From NCBI GenBank assembly GCA_040954595.2, contig CM082580.2, positions 12,946,242-13,010,241 on the forward strand: DNA of 64,000 nt. Direction: 5' to 3'. The notes under the pieces were generated by a model. The model was not told where the DNA came from, made no database searches, and worked only from the letters and a program-made list of their open reading frames with translations. The stretch is from Balanoglossus misakiensis. Its lineage: Eukaryota > Animalia > Hemichordata. Within the stretch, counting starts at the first letter, position 1. Each line of letters begins with the position of its first letter. The position numbers were made by a program, and so were the translations under genes. This document shows positions 38,224-51,507 of this stretch, one piece after another.

Positions 38224-41200
38224 GATTATAATAATTAAAACTATGGCAGTTGTGGTGTTTTCATCGACGCAATATTCCACGCAATGGGAACACATTCCCA
38301 TTAATTCTTTCCGAGAATAACACAAGACTGTAATCCAACAAGAGCTTATAGGCGAGGACTTCAAATTACAAGGATAACGCATAATACAAATCATCTGATA
38401 TCAAGACGCAGTAAATCCTCTAGAAGACATTTATCCCTGCGGAGATGGCAATGATGCGGCGGCAGTGTGATGCTACTGAGCAAAGACCTTAAAATAAACT
38501 ATTTCTGTGTTGGTCACGTGAGCATTGGTTGGCGTCGTTTTTCAATCATAAATTGCAGAGTACGCATGCAAAGTCTCAACCAACCATGGGTATATATGTG
38601 GTGTATTTAAGGGAAGTCGACAGAAAGCACAGGTTTCGTTTATTTAAAATGCCTGAAGGCTTAACAAGGGAAAGGAAAACACATTTACATAGAGGGCGGT
38701 GTTTTGTGCATTCGCCAGCTATCAATCCATACGGAGATTACAAGTACACGAGGCAGAAACATGAGAAACTGTAAGATTAGCTCAAACGTACAATGGCTTC
38801 GCAGTCGAGACATGGCGGGGACAGTAATGAGGTAGCTTTTCCTCTAAGTCTGCCAATAGAGATATTAGCCTCTGCCGATAAAGGATTTTTAAGAAGCAGG
38901 TATGCCTGCAGTTTGTACTGATAGCTGCTCTTTAATCGCTAGAGTCTGAAATTTCTAGTTCAAATGATTTGCGTCATTATATCTTCGTTCAGCTGAGGTA
39001 TAATCCGTCTGTTCTGACTGCCTTTATTACCGCCTGGCCATCTGAGAGTAGCTATACCTTTGTATATTCAGGATGATGTATATGTTTATGCAGAGGTCAG
39101 AGACTGGAGCAAAAAGACAACATTCAGAGACGAAGAATAAGACATCTTCCGAGCGGATGTCCGCCATTACTGGGACCTAACGATTGACTACATTAACAAA
39201 AGATGTGCCTTTCGGTTTCATTTGAAGCCTTTGATTTGTGACTGTGCCGACTACGCAATTTTTGTCAAATTGAATTTTCCTCTTACGTACTCGACATTCA
39301 TCACTACAAGTCTTTGCCTGTGCGCCTGTGCTATCGTTTTTCAAATGACCGTCTTTGTCTGTTGCTCGAGTTTCCATGGGGAGTTGTTAGTCGATAGTGA
39401 AGAGCTTGCAAGTACAGTTGGGCGGAATTGTCAAAGAAAAGCGATATTCAAGTGAGGCATAAGCGGTAGACAGTCGACGGAGAGAGATTCTCTGATAAAA
39501 ATCATCGCAAAACATGGTGTGGGAGCGCAGAAAGTGTCTGGCGTATATTCAGTTTCTGTTCACAGGCGCGCATCATAATATCAGATCTTCCCAGACAGAT
39601 CCTTGGCAATATTTTAAAAAATGACAAACTGAATGATTAAGTTATGTCGCGACCAACTGCTGGGGGTACATATCGCCGGCTATTGGTAGATTTGTCGGTA
39701 TCAACATGTGGTACCGTCTAAATCATTGACAGCCGTTCGCGTACCTATTAGTATGCCGCGCCGATTGCCAGGACATGTGCCTGCTCTCGAATATGCATAG
39801 CTGTCTGTCAATTTGATAAGCGAGGTTAATCATTTGAAGATGTGCCTAATGAAGGCAATTTGTGCCGTTTCACGAGCAACCTTCAGTTCTCGAAGACTTC
39901 ATCAACTCAAATAATGAAGGTGAAGTTGAACTTGATCAATCGAATCTCGATTGAACGAGAGACTTAATTGTCTGTTATTATATCCCGAGCTGTGCCCGTC
40001 TGTCATGTCTGGACGGAGTACATCGAGCACTAACTTGACAAGGCGATGTACTGGGAGAGTCAACAATGTCGCAGCTCATCAAGTGTCAGGATTTCTCCCA
40101 CTCCATCGACGCTTGAAGAGATGGAGTGTGCGATTTATTTCCGAGGAAACCGTAACAAGTGAAGTCTAATTGCCCCTCTTTTTCTATGTATGTTTTCTTA
40201 GTGGCTTCTCTGGATGTCTGGAAACTAGTTTACTAACTTTCGGGGTTAGGTTGAGCTAATAGCTGCCAACCCGAACTGAACAACGTTTTGAAAATAACAA
40301 AAACACACCTTACATCTGTCAAAAGTGACAGAAGAATACGTCATTCTTGAGATAAAACGTCTAAGCTTACGTGTACTCGGTAGCAGAAAAAGGGGTCGGC
40401 AATTTTCACCAGTAGAGAGCTTTGAAGATTGTTATCAACACATGTCAGCGTTGTCTGTTCCTCCAAAGAAATTGCTAACGGGTATACAACTGAGCAATTG
40501 TTTGCCTTTCAAACCGCTTAGTAGTTGCTTTCCTTTTCCGAAGGCAAATCGTTAAGTAAAGACCGTGACCTTACATTAAACACAAGCACACTCTAAAAAC
40601 CGGGAAATGAGGAAATGTGTGCGAACTGGTTGCTGTCGTCAATGAAGACATGACGTCACTCACTCGACATGTTTCTCTGCCACCACTCGATGTAAATGGT
40701 GTTTTTTTTACATTCGCTATGTCTTTTAAAAGGACACATTCGTGACAGACATAATCTCTCCAAAACTAACGCCAATTAACGCAAATCTGCCTGTATTAAT
40801 CACACTGGTTTCCATGCCAACAGTCCATGAAATACGTCGTTTGAGATTTCCGCTATAGATGATTGGCGTGAATGGTGAATAACCGACAGAACACAAACAG
40901 GATTTTTATAATTTGAAAATCGTTGTTTACAGCACTTTTAACGGACTCGGAATGTGTCTTTGCATATTTCAGAGTTTATGTTAAAGTGATAACATGATAT
41001 TTAAACTGGAATACGAAGCTATAAAAGTAGGCTGATGTGTTTAAATACATATGGGAGGACAAATACATGTCTTGTCACGCGGACGCAAAATACTCGCGTT
41101 GAGACGAAGTCATCTCGAAGGCATCGCTTTTCATATAAAAAACCGTGCCACGTAGATGCTCTCAATAACAAATCTCTTTTAAATCTCAAGCAATTTGTAA

Positions 41201-44200
41201 ATGTGGATGTGACATCAATCTTGCATCCTGTTTCGCCGAGCGCAAGCACGGCCTACGCATAATTGGAAGTGTGTTTTACATTTGCCCCGGGTCATCTTAC
41301 GAGCGATTGGTGACGTCACGTGAAAAGCAATTGGTTTTAGAGCTAATTAAAGGCAAGGGATCAGTGAAAAGTGCAAAGACCTTGATCTTGAGTTGTTGTG
41401 CTAACAAAGGCACGCTTCCAAGCCTCACACAGAGGAGAGGTCACTCACGGCTACTCCATTTGAAAACCGCGTGGAGATCATTTTAAAACCTGTCGCCAAA
41501 CTAACTGGACTGAAATTGGTCAAACAGAAGCCTGATCGGCGAAAACAAGGATTCCCGGCTAGAACAAAAATAGTCTTTGTTTATCAGAGTTATACCGACT
41601 ACTTCCGGCGGATATCTATCAATTTTAATATATCGTTCCGCCTCTCAGAATGCTGAAGACACTGCCGTCAAGGCAACAGGTTTGACACAAGTAAACCAAC
41701 TTACAACGAATAAATCTCCAAAATGAAAATAAATTCAAATTGTCGATAAGAGATTGTTATTTTTCCTTTTGGTTCTATGATAGAAACTACGATTTTTGGT
41801 CGGTTGCTTGGTCGGGCATCATAATGTCAAACAAGCAGGAGATATCCAGTTTGATCATTAGCAAAATACCGAGATACCTATCAGAATACAGAATCTGAAC
41901 ATTATATGGCCCATTTGGAGAGATATGGGCGGTAATGGTTAAAGGAGATTGTACTGAAACGACGGTGCCCAAGGATAAACGTTCATTTGACGTCACGTAT
42001 TATATCTCAGATATTTACCAGATCTTTGAGAATGTCATGAAAACGAGTGTAGCACATATGTGTATGGAATAACCACGAATGATAAATTATAGAGATGCAA
42101 TGTAGCCATGAAACCACTTCAAAGGGGGAGAATAATTTAGGATCTCAAATTGACTCGTGGCGACTGGGCATAAAAGGAGGAAGACAAAAAAAATGCCTTG
42201 AAGATACATGTAGTAGTAAGTGCTTCTTAAAAATGACGTAATAGGTCGGAACTTCTTTTCTGTCTTGTGAAGAAGGTTTCGAGCTGCTCGCCATGGCAAC
42301 AGCGCTCGGCTAGATTATGTAATACACAATTGGAGTTCTGCTGTGAGTTATTAGCGGATATCAAGGATATTGGATATTAGCGACATGCGAACAGATTCAA
42401 ACATCGTGCCTGGAAAAAAACTACGACGTTCTGCGTCTGCGCGGCCAGAAAAATGATTTGACAGATTTACAAACCCTCGTCAGGCGTCACATTGCCATTT
42501 TTTCTCTTTGAAGAATGGAAGTAAACACAGTGCTTATATTATAATCACACATGGAATAAAAACCCAAGGTTTCTGAATTAGAAGTGGCTTCGATATATAT
42601 ACGTAGTGGATTTAATAGTCGCTCGGTGAAATTGCGTTGACTCCCCTCTGCGACACCGGGGTGAAAGGTCACCATGCACAGATAGTCCTGATGATTGCAC
42701 AATAGAATATGACGTCATAGACCAACTGAAGTCTTTTTTATCAGGAGCGACCTTCCAACTCAGTATGCACATCAGATTCGTTGACTGTGATCAAATATAG
42801 TATAAAATTTAATCAAATTAAAGATGATTTTGCTTTCGCTCTTCATCGATCAGCCACGTTTCTGGTTTCAAGTTTCTTAATGTCAAAGGTGGACGCTCTT
42901 TTCCGAGAAATAGACTTTGAAATAAAATTAAGAATGCGCAATTATTTCCCAACCTGGTTTAAATTCATTGAATAGAATAATTTGGTTACAGCAATTTCTC
43001 TAAATCACTGTTGCTAGAACAAAATAAATAATAAGTAACCAAGGGAAATATATTCTTCTGAAACGGTCATTTATGAGGGGAGAATTTGTTTTTGTTTCAT
43101 TTAAAATGGAGCTATATACATCTTTTGATAATGATATTAAACACATCGCGCTCCGAGTTAATTGCTCGCGACTGGTCACAGATATTTACACCTGGTCTAC
43201 CAGTATGGCTCTTCCTCAGCGCTGTCTGGCGTCAGATTAAAGCAGTCACAGATGCGCTAAATTCCACTAATGCTGATGTATGCAACGTACAGCCAAAGAC
43301 GCTGTCGGCACACAACACAAGCCATTTCTTACCAAAGGCGCAGCTCTGCATATCATGGCATTCGAAAACATCGATACAATCATCGCTGCATCAATTACAA
43401 AACAGCAGCTTTCACGCCGGACTGCCAATTTCTCCTCTATACATGTCGTTTCCGTCTCCCACCCACGCCTGACACTCGATATCAATTGAAACCCGCCTTG
43501 AAAACTGACTGAAATAAGTTTCCATTGATTTCTTACAAACTCTAGCTGCAATTCTATATCTTTAGATACCCACTATTAAAAAGAAACGACTGTTTTTATT
43601 CAAGCAACTGGAGTGAAAAACTGAAATTGACAGAACAATCTAAGTAACGGTTCGGATGACACTAATTTGAATGCCCAGTACAACCAATGCCAGCTGTTTT
43701 AATAACGTTTCGATTTGGAAATGTGTCAGTTTCCTCGCAATTTCCCGTGGTGCACCATGACGACAATTGTTGTCCTTGAATACATTGATCAAAGATATGC
43801 GCATGTGTAATACCGGACATGAGCTAATTAATTGAACCACGAACTGAGGTAACATTCAATCTCAACTTGGCTTTCAGCGAAAATCTTGATTTTGTCTGTG
43901 CATTTCTCTCATCGCTGCTCCATATGAGCTTACTTCCCGATATTTTCAGTTCAACGCCAGTGTCCAGTTGAACATATAATTGGGATGGCCAGACACCTAT
44001 ATTACTTTCCACCGTCTTTACATTTATTTTGATACACTTAGAAGATACAGACTAATTCGGAAAACAGGCGCGTATAATCTGTGATCTGCGTGGCTAGTAC
44101 AAATTTCCCCTGAAACCAACATTACTTACTCAATCATTACAGTCTGGGTGGACTAATAGGAAAAACCAGGCGTGATTGGGTCAATGATGAAAGCACAGAC

Positions 44201-47200
44201 GCAAGGGGAATTCGAGTCGATGTCGTAATTTGTTGCGGGGGTTGAACTCGCCGAGTACTCGTTTTGGAAACACCTTCACGTGCCTGTGCTTGCGCAAAGG
44301 GCAAAATTTGAACACTATAGAAATGTAAAGAGAGTTGGATCAATAATAAATTGAGATCGTTCGTGAACAATAAAACAAGTGTGATCAATAAAATGTGTCA
44401 ATAAAACACAGCCAAATCCCAGTCTGCATGTCATTCTTCTTAATTCTCTCATACGTTAGAATGAAAATTGAACAATATATGTCTTGATCCACAATGAATT
44501 GTGAATCAACCGTACAGGTAAAATATTTTCTCGGTCTGCAAAGCCCGGTATTTTGTGGGCGATTTCCCTTTTCTAAGTAATAAAAACCGTTTAAATAATC
44601 CCACAAGTAATGACCTTATTATGACTACTGAAATTGGACATTGACATTAATTAATTCAGTTCGTGACGAGTCATGCATTTAAATGATTAATTTCGCCTAA
44701 AACATCATGATAGACGTCATCGTGTTGCTGTGGGCGTTCGTTGAAATGAGCATTGTTTGGAATACCGAAGAGCCTTCCAGAAAGAAAAAAAGGAAAAAAC
44801 GAGGGGAGAAATCAAACTAATTATGCTATCTTCTAGTTATTCAAGTTAATGGACGCGCCTCTTATAGATGATGTGAATATCTTCACTGACCTCGGGCTAT
44901 TTGTTTTAATAATCGACAAAGGTGTTAGCAATAAATAACATTTTCTTATTAATAACCTGTCAGTAACCATGGTGATACATATCCCAAGACTCGCCCTTTT
45001 GTCAATATTGCACGTCTTACAGTACATTATCATTACCATCAAGTTTAAGTACTGTATTGAATCTGTATGTAAGACGGAGAAGTAAATAATAGTAGATTTA
45101 TGGAAATACACATAAGACGTCGACTGTAAGGGGGAACTGCGTCACATTTTGATCGCAAAGAATTGTCTGCGTTGTCGTTTTAATCCCTTTCCGGTATTTC
45201 TGTGCTTCGTTTTTGTCTCTTATCATTTACTAGAAAGCAAGTTATGGTCGATTTGAAGTTTGGTGGAACAGTCTTACAAAATAGTTCAGTTACAGACTGT
45301 TCCACTTTCAATACTAAGTGTAAATACTTGAATAGTCGTTTTAATGGGAAAACAACAGCTAATGAGATCATTTTTTAAATATGTCGTCTGCGCAGGTGAC
45401 TATTTCCCACGCATGGGCAAAGAAAAAACTTGTCAGCTTGTAATTAGAACGGCCGGCCCAGGGCCAGGGAGACGTTGATTGATTGTATCGTGCACGTTCC
45501 CACAATTCACTTGGAGGCGATAATGAAGTGAGGGCATCGTCACTACAACCGTTTGAGCAAACTGTGGAAGCGGCCAAGTCCAAGATTGAGTCGTTGATTC
45601 CACTCGCCCCTGGCTCTTTAGTCCGCAATTGAAGTCACGTGGGAGTACAAGCAATCACATTATGCTACTCTTTAAAGCGCAATACGTCTACAATGACGCA
45701 AGCAAAGTGACACTTCGAAGGTTATAAATCTTTTATATCTCACATTCATTTTGAATTTATTTATGTGGGACATCGCCTGGACATGCTGTTCATTCACCAT
45801 TAACGATAACGTTAACAATCAACAGTGATTACGACGTCTGGGCTGGATTACAAACATTTGCCCATATTATCTATGTTCGATTTTTTTAAATACACAAATA
45901 AGTATACTGCATTTAGACGTTTTAGCGGGATTATAGATCACTTTTTAAACGATTGTTGGGCTGTAGTTATTGGCCATGTTCGATTTGTAAATGCACGGGT
46001 GTGTACTCTGCTTTTTCTCTCGCTAATAGGCAGGTGAAGCTTGCTGAACTGAGTCAGTAAGTGATTTCTTATCGATCAATTATGACTTTGAGATCAGAGT
46101 ACATGTATTTGAATGGTGCTGATAAATGGGTTTAAAATGAATTTTCTGATGGCAATAATTTGCACGCTAATTTCTTTTAAAAAATAACGTGTGAAAGAAT
46201 CGAATGAACATCTTCAAGTTCTTCAGCTTCGAAGACACCATGCATTGTCGCAACTGCGGAAGACAAACGTAATGTCGTCTGCTTTACGACCTTTCACATT
46301 AAGACACCAAAGGCATGTACACGCAAGCAGTCAAGGGAAATACCCCGAGGCGTGTATGTTATGGATGGATAGAGAGCTATTTTCTGACACACTGACGTCA
46401 AGGAAAGGGGTACATTTCTATAATTAGAACGCAATGATCATGATATGGGCGTGCACGTCATCGTTAGAAATTCACTCCATGTTCACGCTTCCATTGACTA
46501 CATTCCGTATTTCATTCGAAAAAGGAAGCCGTCTATATTTCAAGCTGGGAAGCATGACGTTTTCCTTTTATCAGCTTATAACGTGAACAACCACGAGAAA
46601 GACTTTGAATCCCAGCTGAAGATTAGGTTTAATTAAAAGGATTGGAAAATAGAGCATCTTCAAAATTTGAGACTAAATCATTGCGCGAAAGTGCGCAGCA
46701 GACGACAAAAGTATCTAAATGTAACTGTCGCTCAAGTGTGAAATTGATTTTTTTCCTATTCCTGGTATTTCCGCCGAGCAAGTCATACTGCAGATGAAAC
46801 CTACGGGCGTATTTGTCAAACAGTGCAAAGACTAATAGTTTCCGCTGAGCTTTTCCAACCGTAGGTTCATCTGTAGTGTAAACACTCTAGACATCTCCTC
46901 AAGATTGATTGAATAAAGTGAAGATTGTATATATCATGATGACAGGCATTCTGGCGTAGATTCAGCCGCGTCAAAGTAGAGTGTCAATGCTCAAGTAGGT
47001 TTTGGCATCGCTTTCTTCACCCCTTTTTTATCCTAATAATTTGAACTTTATCGTTCTTCTGATCTGAGCATACGTGATATTCGTGACGCGACTGACGACA
47101 CTCAACATGAAACAAAAAAAGTCGTGACTTCAGCTTCGAAAACAGGTCAACCTACACGCGACGATTTGTGCATTCGTTCCATGCGTGATCAGACCGCGCA

Positions 47201-50200
47201 TATATTTTATCATTTGCAACCGCGTCCGTGATGAATAACAAATTCAAGCTTCAAAACTTTTACACTAAAACAATGCAAGATAATGCCCTAAGAGAGGTAT
47301 TATCTATTTAAAACGTGAATTGTGTAGATATAATCAGCTTACAGCGCTGCAAATAAGTAGTAATACGCAACTCAGTGTGAGACAAGATGGTAAACAGAAA
47401 ATGAAGATCCATCTCAATTTTGATAGACGGCCTTGATGAGTTAATCGAAGGATTGCCGTTTGTATTATTAGAAGCCTAATATCCGGCACAGGCGGTGTTT
47501 TTCATACACTGCAAGTCGTTATTGACTTGGATTATTATTTACCTGTTTCAATAGCACCTCCCAATAATTCTAAGGCGCTGCAACCAGTGATTTTGATAAT
47601 GCGTTCTCTACACGCAGCTACTTAATGTACTTGTTCCAATTACAGATATCACACGTGTTCATTGGATGGATCAATTGCGATACTGGTTATTCTGATCATC
47701 AACCTGTCTTATTACTTTCAAATTTCGCAAAAATCTAGTTCTGTCCGATGTCGTTAATTTAAAAGCAGTGATATGATATAAAACTGTGACCTTGGTGACC
47801 CGAATCTAGAAAAACGCGCGCAGAAGTCGTTATTGCATCGTAGGTGGGCAATCGTGAAGGCAGAGAAAAGAGCCAATAGGGTTTCGTGTGTACTTAACGT
47901 CAAGGACGAGTATTTCCTGTGATTCTGACGTCATCACGCGGGATGGGACCGACGGTAGTTTGATTTATAAGATCCAGTAAAATTAATTGTCTGGGTAGTA
48001 GGAGATTCGAGTGGGAATTTTCACTTGCGAGATTAGTACAAGGTAGTAGTCGGTGCTGCAGACGATTCTGTTCTCAGAAAGGTACCTAGCAAACGAAAGC
48101 TGTGTCAAATAATTTATGTTTGTCGATCAGAACCAATTTAGCTCAGTTTTTAACGACGGTTGGTGTATACTTTAGGTCGGAAATTTGTGGCCACGTGTAT
48201 TCTTTCGTGTGGCGGGTAAAGATCATCTGTTTGATTGCCGTAAATCAATTGACCTTTAACCTCTATATAGTTAATTGTATTTTAAGTATAGTTTACAAAT
48301 TGCCTTTGCTTCCCCAAGTCTTCGTGCACGTTAAATAATAATTTGATGCGGTATGGTATCGATGACTAAATAATGTTCCCTGGCTCCAGTAACTGAAACG
48401 ATCTGCGGCTTTCAAGACATTTATGGGGATCGTGTAAGCTGTCGAGGATCTCCGACATTTTCAAGGAAAGGAAACATCTACCTACACAAATCATCAGACT
48501 AAAAGCCCTCAACAGTGTGACAGTAGCAGCGATCAATAAAATGTCATCTGATAACGTAGAGTCTGACAAAGCTGGTACAATCAGCAAAGGTTCAAGTGTA
48601 AACCGACAAGATGGAAAACAGTAACGTTATAAATGTGTATAGCAACTCATTTTCACCTCGTTTGAACACAGACCAAACACCTTCTGTTTGTGATGTCGAG
48701 AAACCTCACTGAAAAATAGCTTTGAAATCTCAGTTGTTTTTCTTCTTTGCAATTAATGCCATTTACTGTTCTAATTCTATCGATGCAAGCCGAGGTCAGT
48801 CAATACAGCAGGTGTCGATATCGATCAAATCGTCCCTATGTCTTGTTGCCACAGAGTCACGTGACATTTCGCAGTCATCTACGATGCGGCAAACAAGCGC
48901 ATTTTAAAACAGCACAAAATAAATGGATGTAGCCCGCGAGGCAGCACCGAGACATTGAAGCCTGAACTGAGAAAATCTCTGGACTTGCTGTATAACAAGG
49001 AGACATCAACTTCTTGATTTTTGGTTTTCGTGCGTGAACAGTAAAGTACATGTACCGATATGAATGAGAGCAAAAATGGTTCATTATTCAGTATTTAAAC
49101 TTTCGTGACGTATTCCAAGCGAAGGCATAAATTGTCTGCGTATTTGCATACGACCCTTAGATATGACCTCAAACCACTACTACAAAGCCAGAACATTTTG
49201 ATTGATGTCATTGTATACAGTAACTACCGAGATATTAATTTGTATTCCTAATAAAGAGTTCGGGTAAATCTGGACAAAACCCAGGGTAGTAAATCTCAAT
49301 AAGACCTAAGTTGCCGCAGTATAAGTACTGACAGGTGCCGTAAAAACGAAATTACGACTATCTTGTGCACGTCACAGAATTGCAAAACACAAAAGAAGCG
49401 GCGTTGCAAGTGTGGTGAAAAATTACGTCCACAGACATTCCAGTTAGTTGGTGCAAAGAAAGTGAATGATTCCTTTCCTGTTCTTGAGACAAGAGTCAAT
49501 TACACAATGTCACGTTGTTGGTACAACTGTGTCGTCAGAAGGTTCTAGCTATGCGCAGTGTCACCTATCACTATCGTAAAGTAGTTCTGCCTGTGCGCAG
49601 TTATCACTATGTTAAAGTGGCTCTGCATTGAAAACCCGCAAGCGTAAATGAGATATCAGTATTTTCCATTACAGCGAAGAAAAAAAGAAAGATATTAGAT
49701 TTATCCTGTTCATTATCGTTTTAATGGTCATGTTAAAAGCTTTATGACGTGCGTATTGGAAGAATTCGCAAAGTCGTCGGTATTGTTTCCAGATTGCTGA
49801 TACACTACTGTAAAAACAAAATGTAGTTTTACAAGCATGACGCTTCACTTTCACAGACGCAATAGCATGTGAAAAAGCCATGTTAGTTTACTTGTATTAA
49901 TTTTAATTTGATTGTTGCTTCTATTCAGGAGAAATGGACTGTCTTCGTCCCCTCTGTAGTGACCTGTATCTTTATAACACTCATGAAAATCTGTATACAC
50001 TATATGCTAATAAATTTACATAATCATACCATTACACCTGGTTATGGTACTACACTTACGTTTGCACGCAAATGTGACTTTACATAACCTACACAAAGAG
50101 GAAGCGATCACTTGAAAGAGGGAAAAGATTAGAATTTCGGGCCAATTTGACGAATAAAGAAATACTGCTGCTTTAAAACCATGCCTGGCACCTATCATTA

Positions 50201-50838
50201 ATTCTAACCTCGTCTTGGGACGTGACACAATTCACAATACATATCATTATCCTGCTCCCGTCTTCGTGTGACGATAAAACGCTGGAGTGTATTCACGTCT
50301 GACTATGACACTTGTCCCTTGTGACACGACAATAAAATTATTAATTAGTCTGTGTTCAATTCCAGAGAATTCCAGTCATTCAAACAATATTCGCACGATT
50401 CTAGAGACCGACCAGTGACTGACGAATACTCTATTAATTTAATCAGGTACGATAACATCATAAATGAGATCTCACTGGCTGAAAACTGACCAAATGATTA
50501 TCAAAACTGGTTTTACATTTTTCAGTCGACTCGTCCAACCATCAAAAACGTCTCAGCTCAACGGAAACATATCCTCTTAGCCACTGGTGTCATGTCTGGT
50601 CGCGAGGAATCAAATGTAACATATCGCAGTCTTACAGCTGGTATTACAGCTGACATTTGCACGTAAGCTCAACCATAGAACATCTTGATTTGTAACGGGC
50701 CTCCAAAATCTTCCAGACAACAATGTGTCTTGTGTGAGATATTATTCAAGATCTATGCTATCGAAATCTATTCGCGCCAAATAAACGCTTTAATGCGCAT
50801 GAATTTTTCATGCGCTTACGGCGGCGTGACTTACTTAC

Positions 50839-51507
50839 CAGATGGATTAGACGTGCTCTTGTTACATCCACTCCCATTTCGCTGGAAAATTTGACTTCAT
50901 ACTTTAAGCATAAATGTACGCTATCATTAGACACGGAAACATACCCGCATTTATGGAAGAAACACGGTCTTTTTGGACATAAGGAAACAAGATTCTTACC
51001 CGTCATTTAGAGCGTTGCCTCCGATTTCATTCATTAACGTTTCCCACGCATACTGCGAGTCGTGGAAGCTTTCAGTGCTCGGGGATTTGCTGGGCAAGTG
51101 CTCGAACACGCCACAGTCCACCATACTATCGTAGCACACAGCCATTGTGAGCGGTTTCAGTTCTGTTCAGATCAATCCGAAATGAAGAGAAGCGAATATA
51201 GTAGTGGCAGTGTAGCGTTCTCCCGTCTAGAAGCTGGATGTAGGACTCGTTTGTGCCTTTAACTCTGGAGGTAGATGTGCTCGTCGAGATGTATCGTGTC
51301 TGCGTTTGTAAGAGTCAACGTAAATTCTCGCGTAGCCGCCTGCTTACTTTAATCGTAGTGGCGCTGTAACGAAGCCTCCAGTTTATGACTTGATGCGATT
51401 AGTGCTTACCGTCTTTTCTGCGAGTAGAGGATCATCCCGGAAGTCGGAGAAATCTCAAAAATCCTCACTGAGAGTTTTCACCGATGTAGAGAATTTCATT
51501 CACGGCT
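50839..51507 (-). other. Two candidate upstream exons (51507-51410 and 50881-50839), possibly the 5' end of the Rab46-like gene
   Basis: Strong splice sites: tttctctcaacag|...acg|gtaagc and ttttccag|...ctg|gtaagt. Joined, they can read MILYSQKRREMGVDVTRARLIHL, or they may be UTR. A link to the downstream exons was not established. Confidence 0.35.

Noticed and set aside
39177-39377. ORF METRATDKDGHL... as first coding exon or EF-hand of the Rab gene
   Set aside because: Available donors are phase 0 or 1 while exon 37330 needs phase 2, and the EF-hand loop is incomplete.
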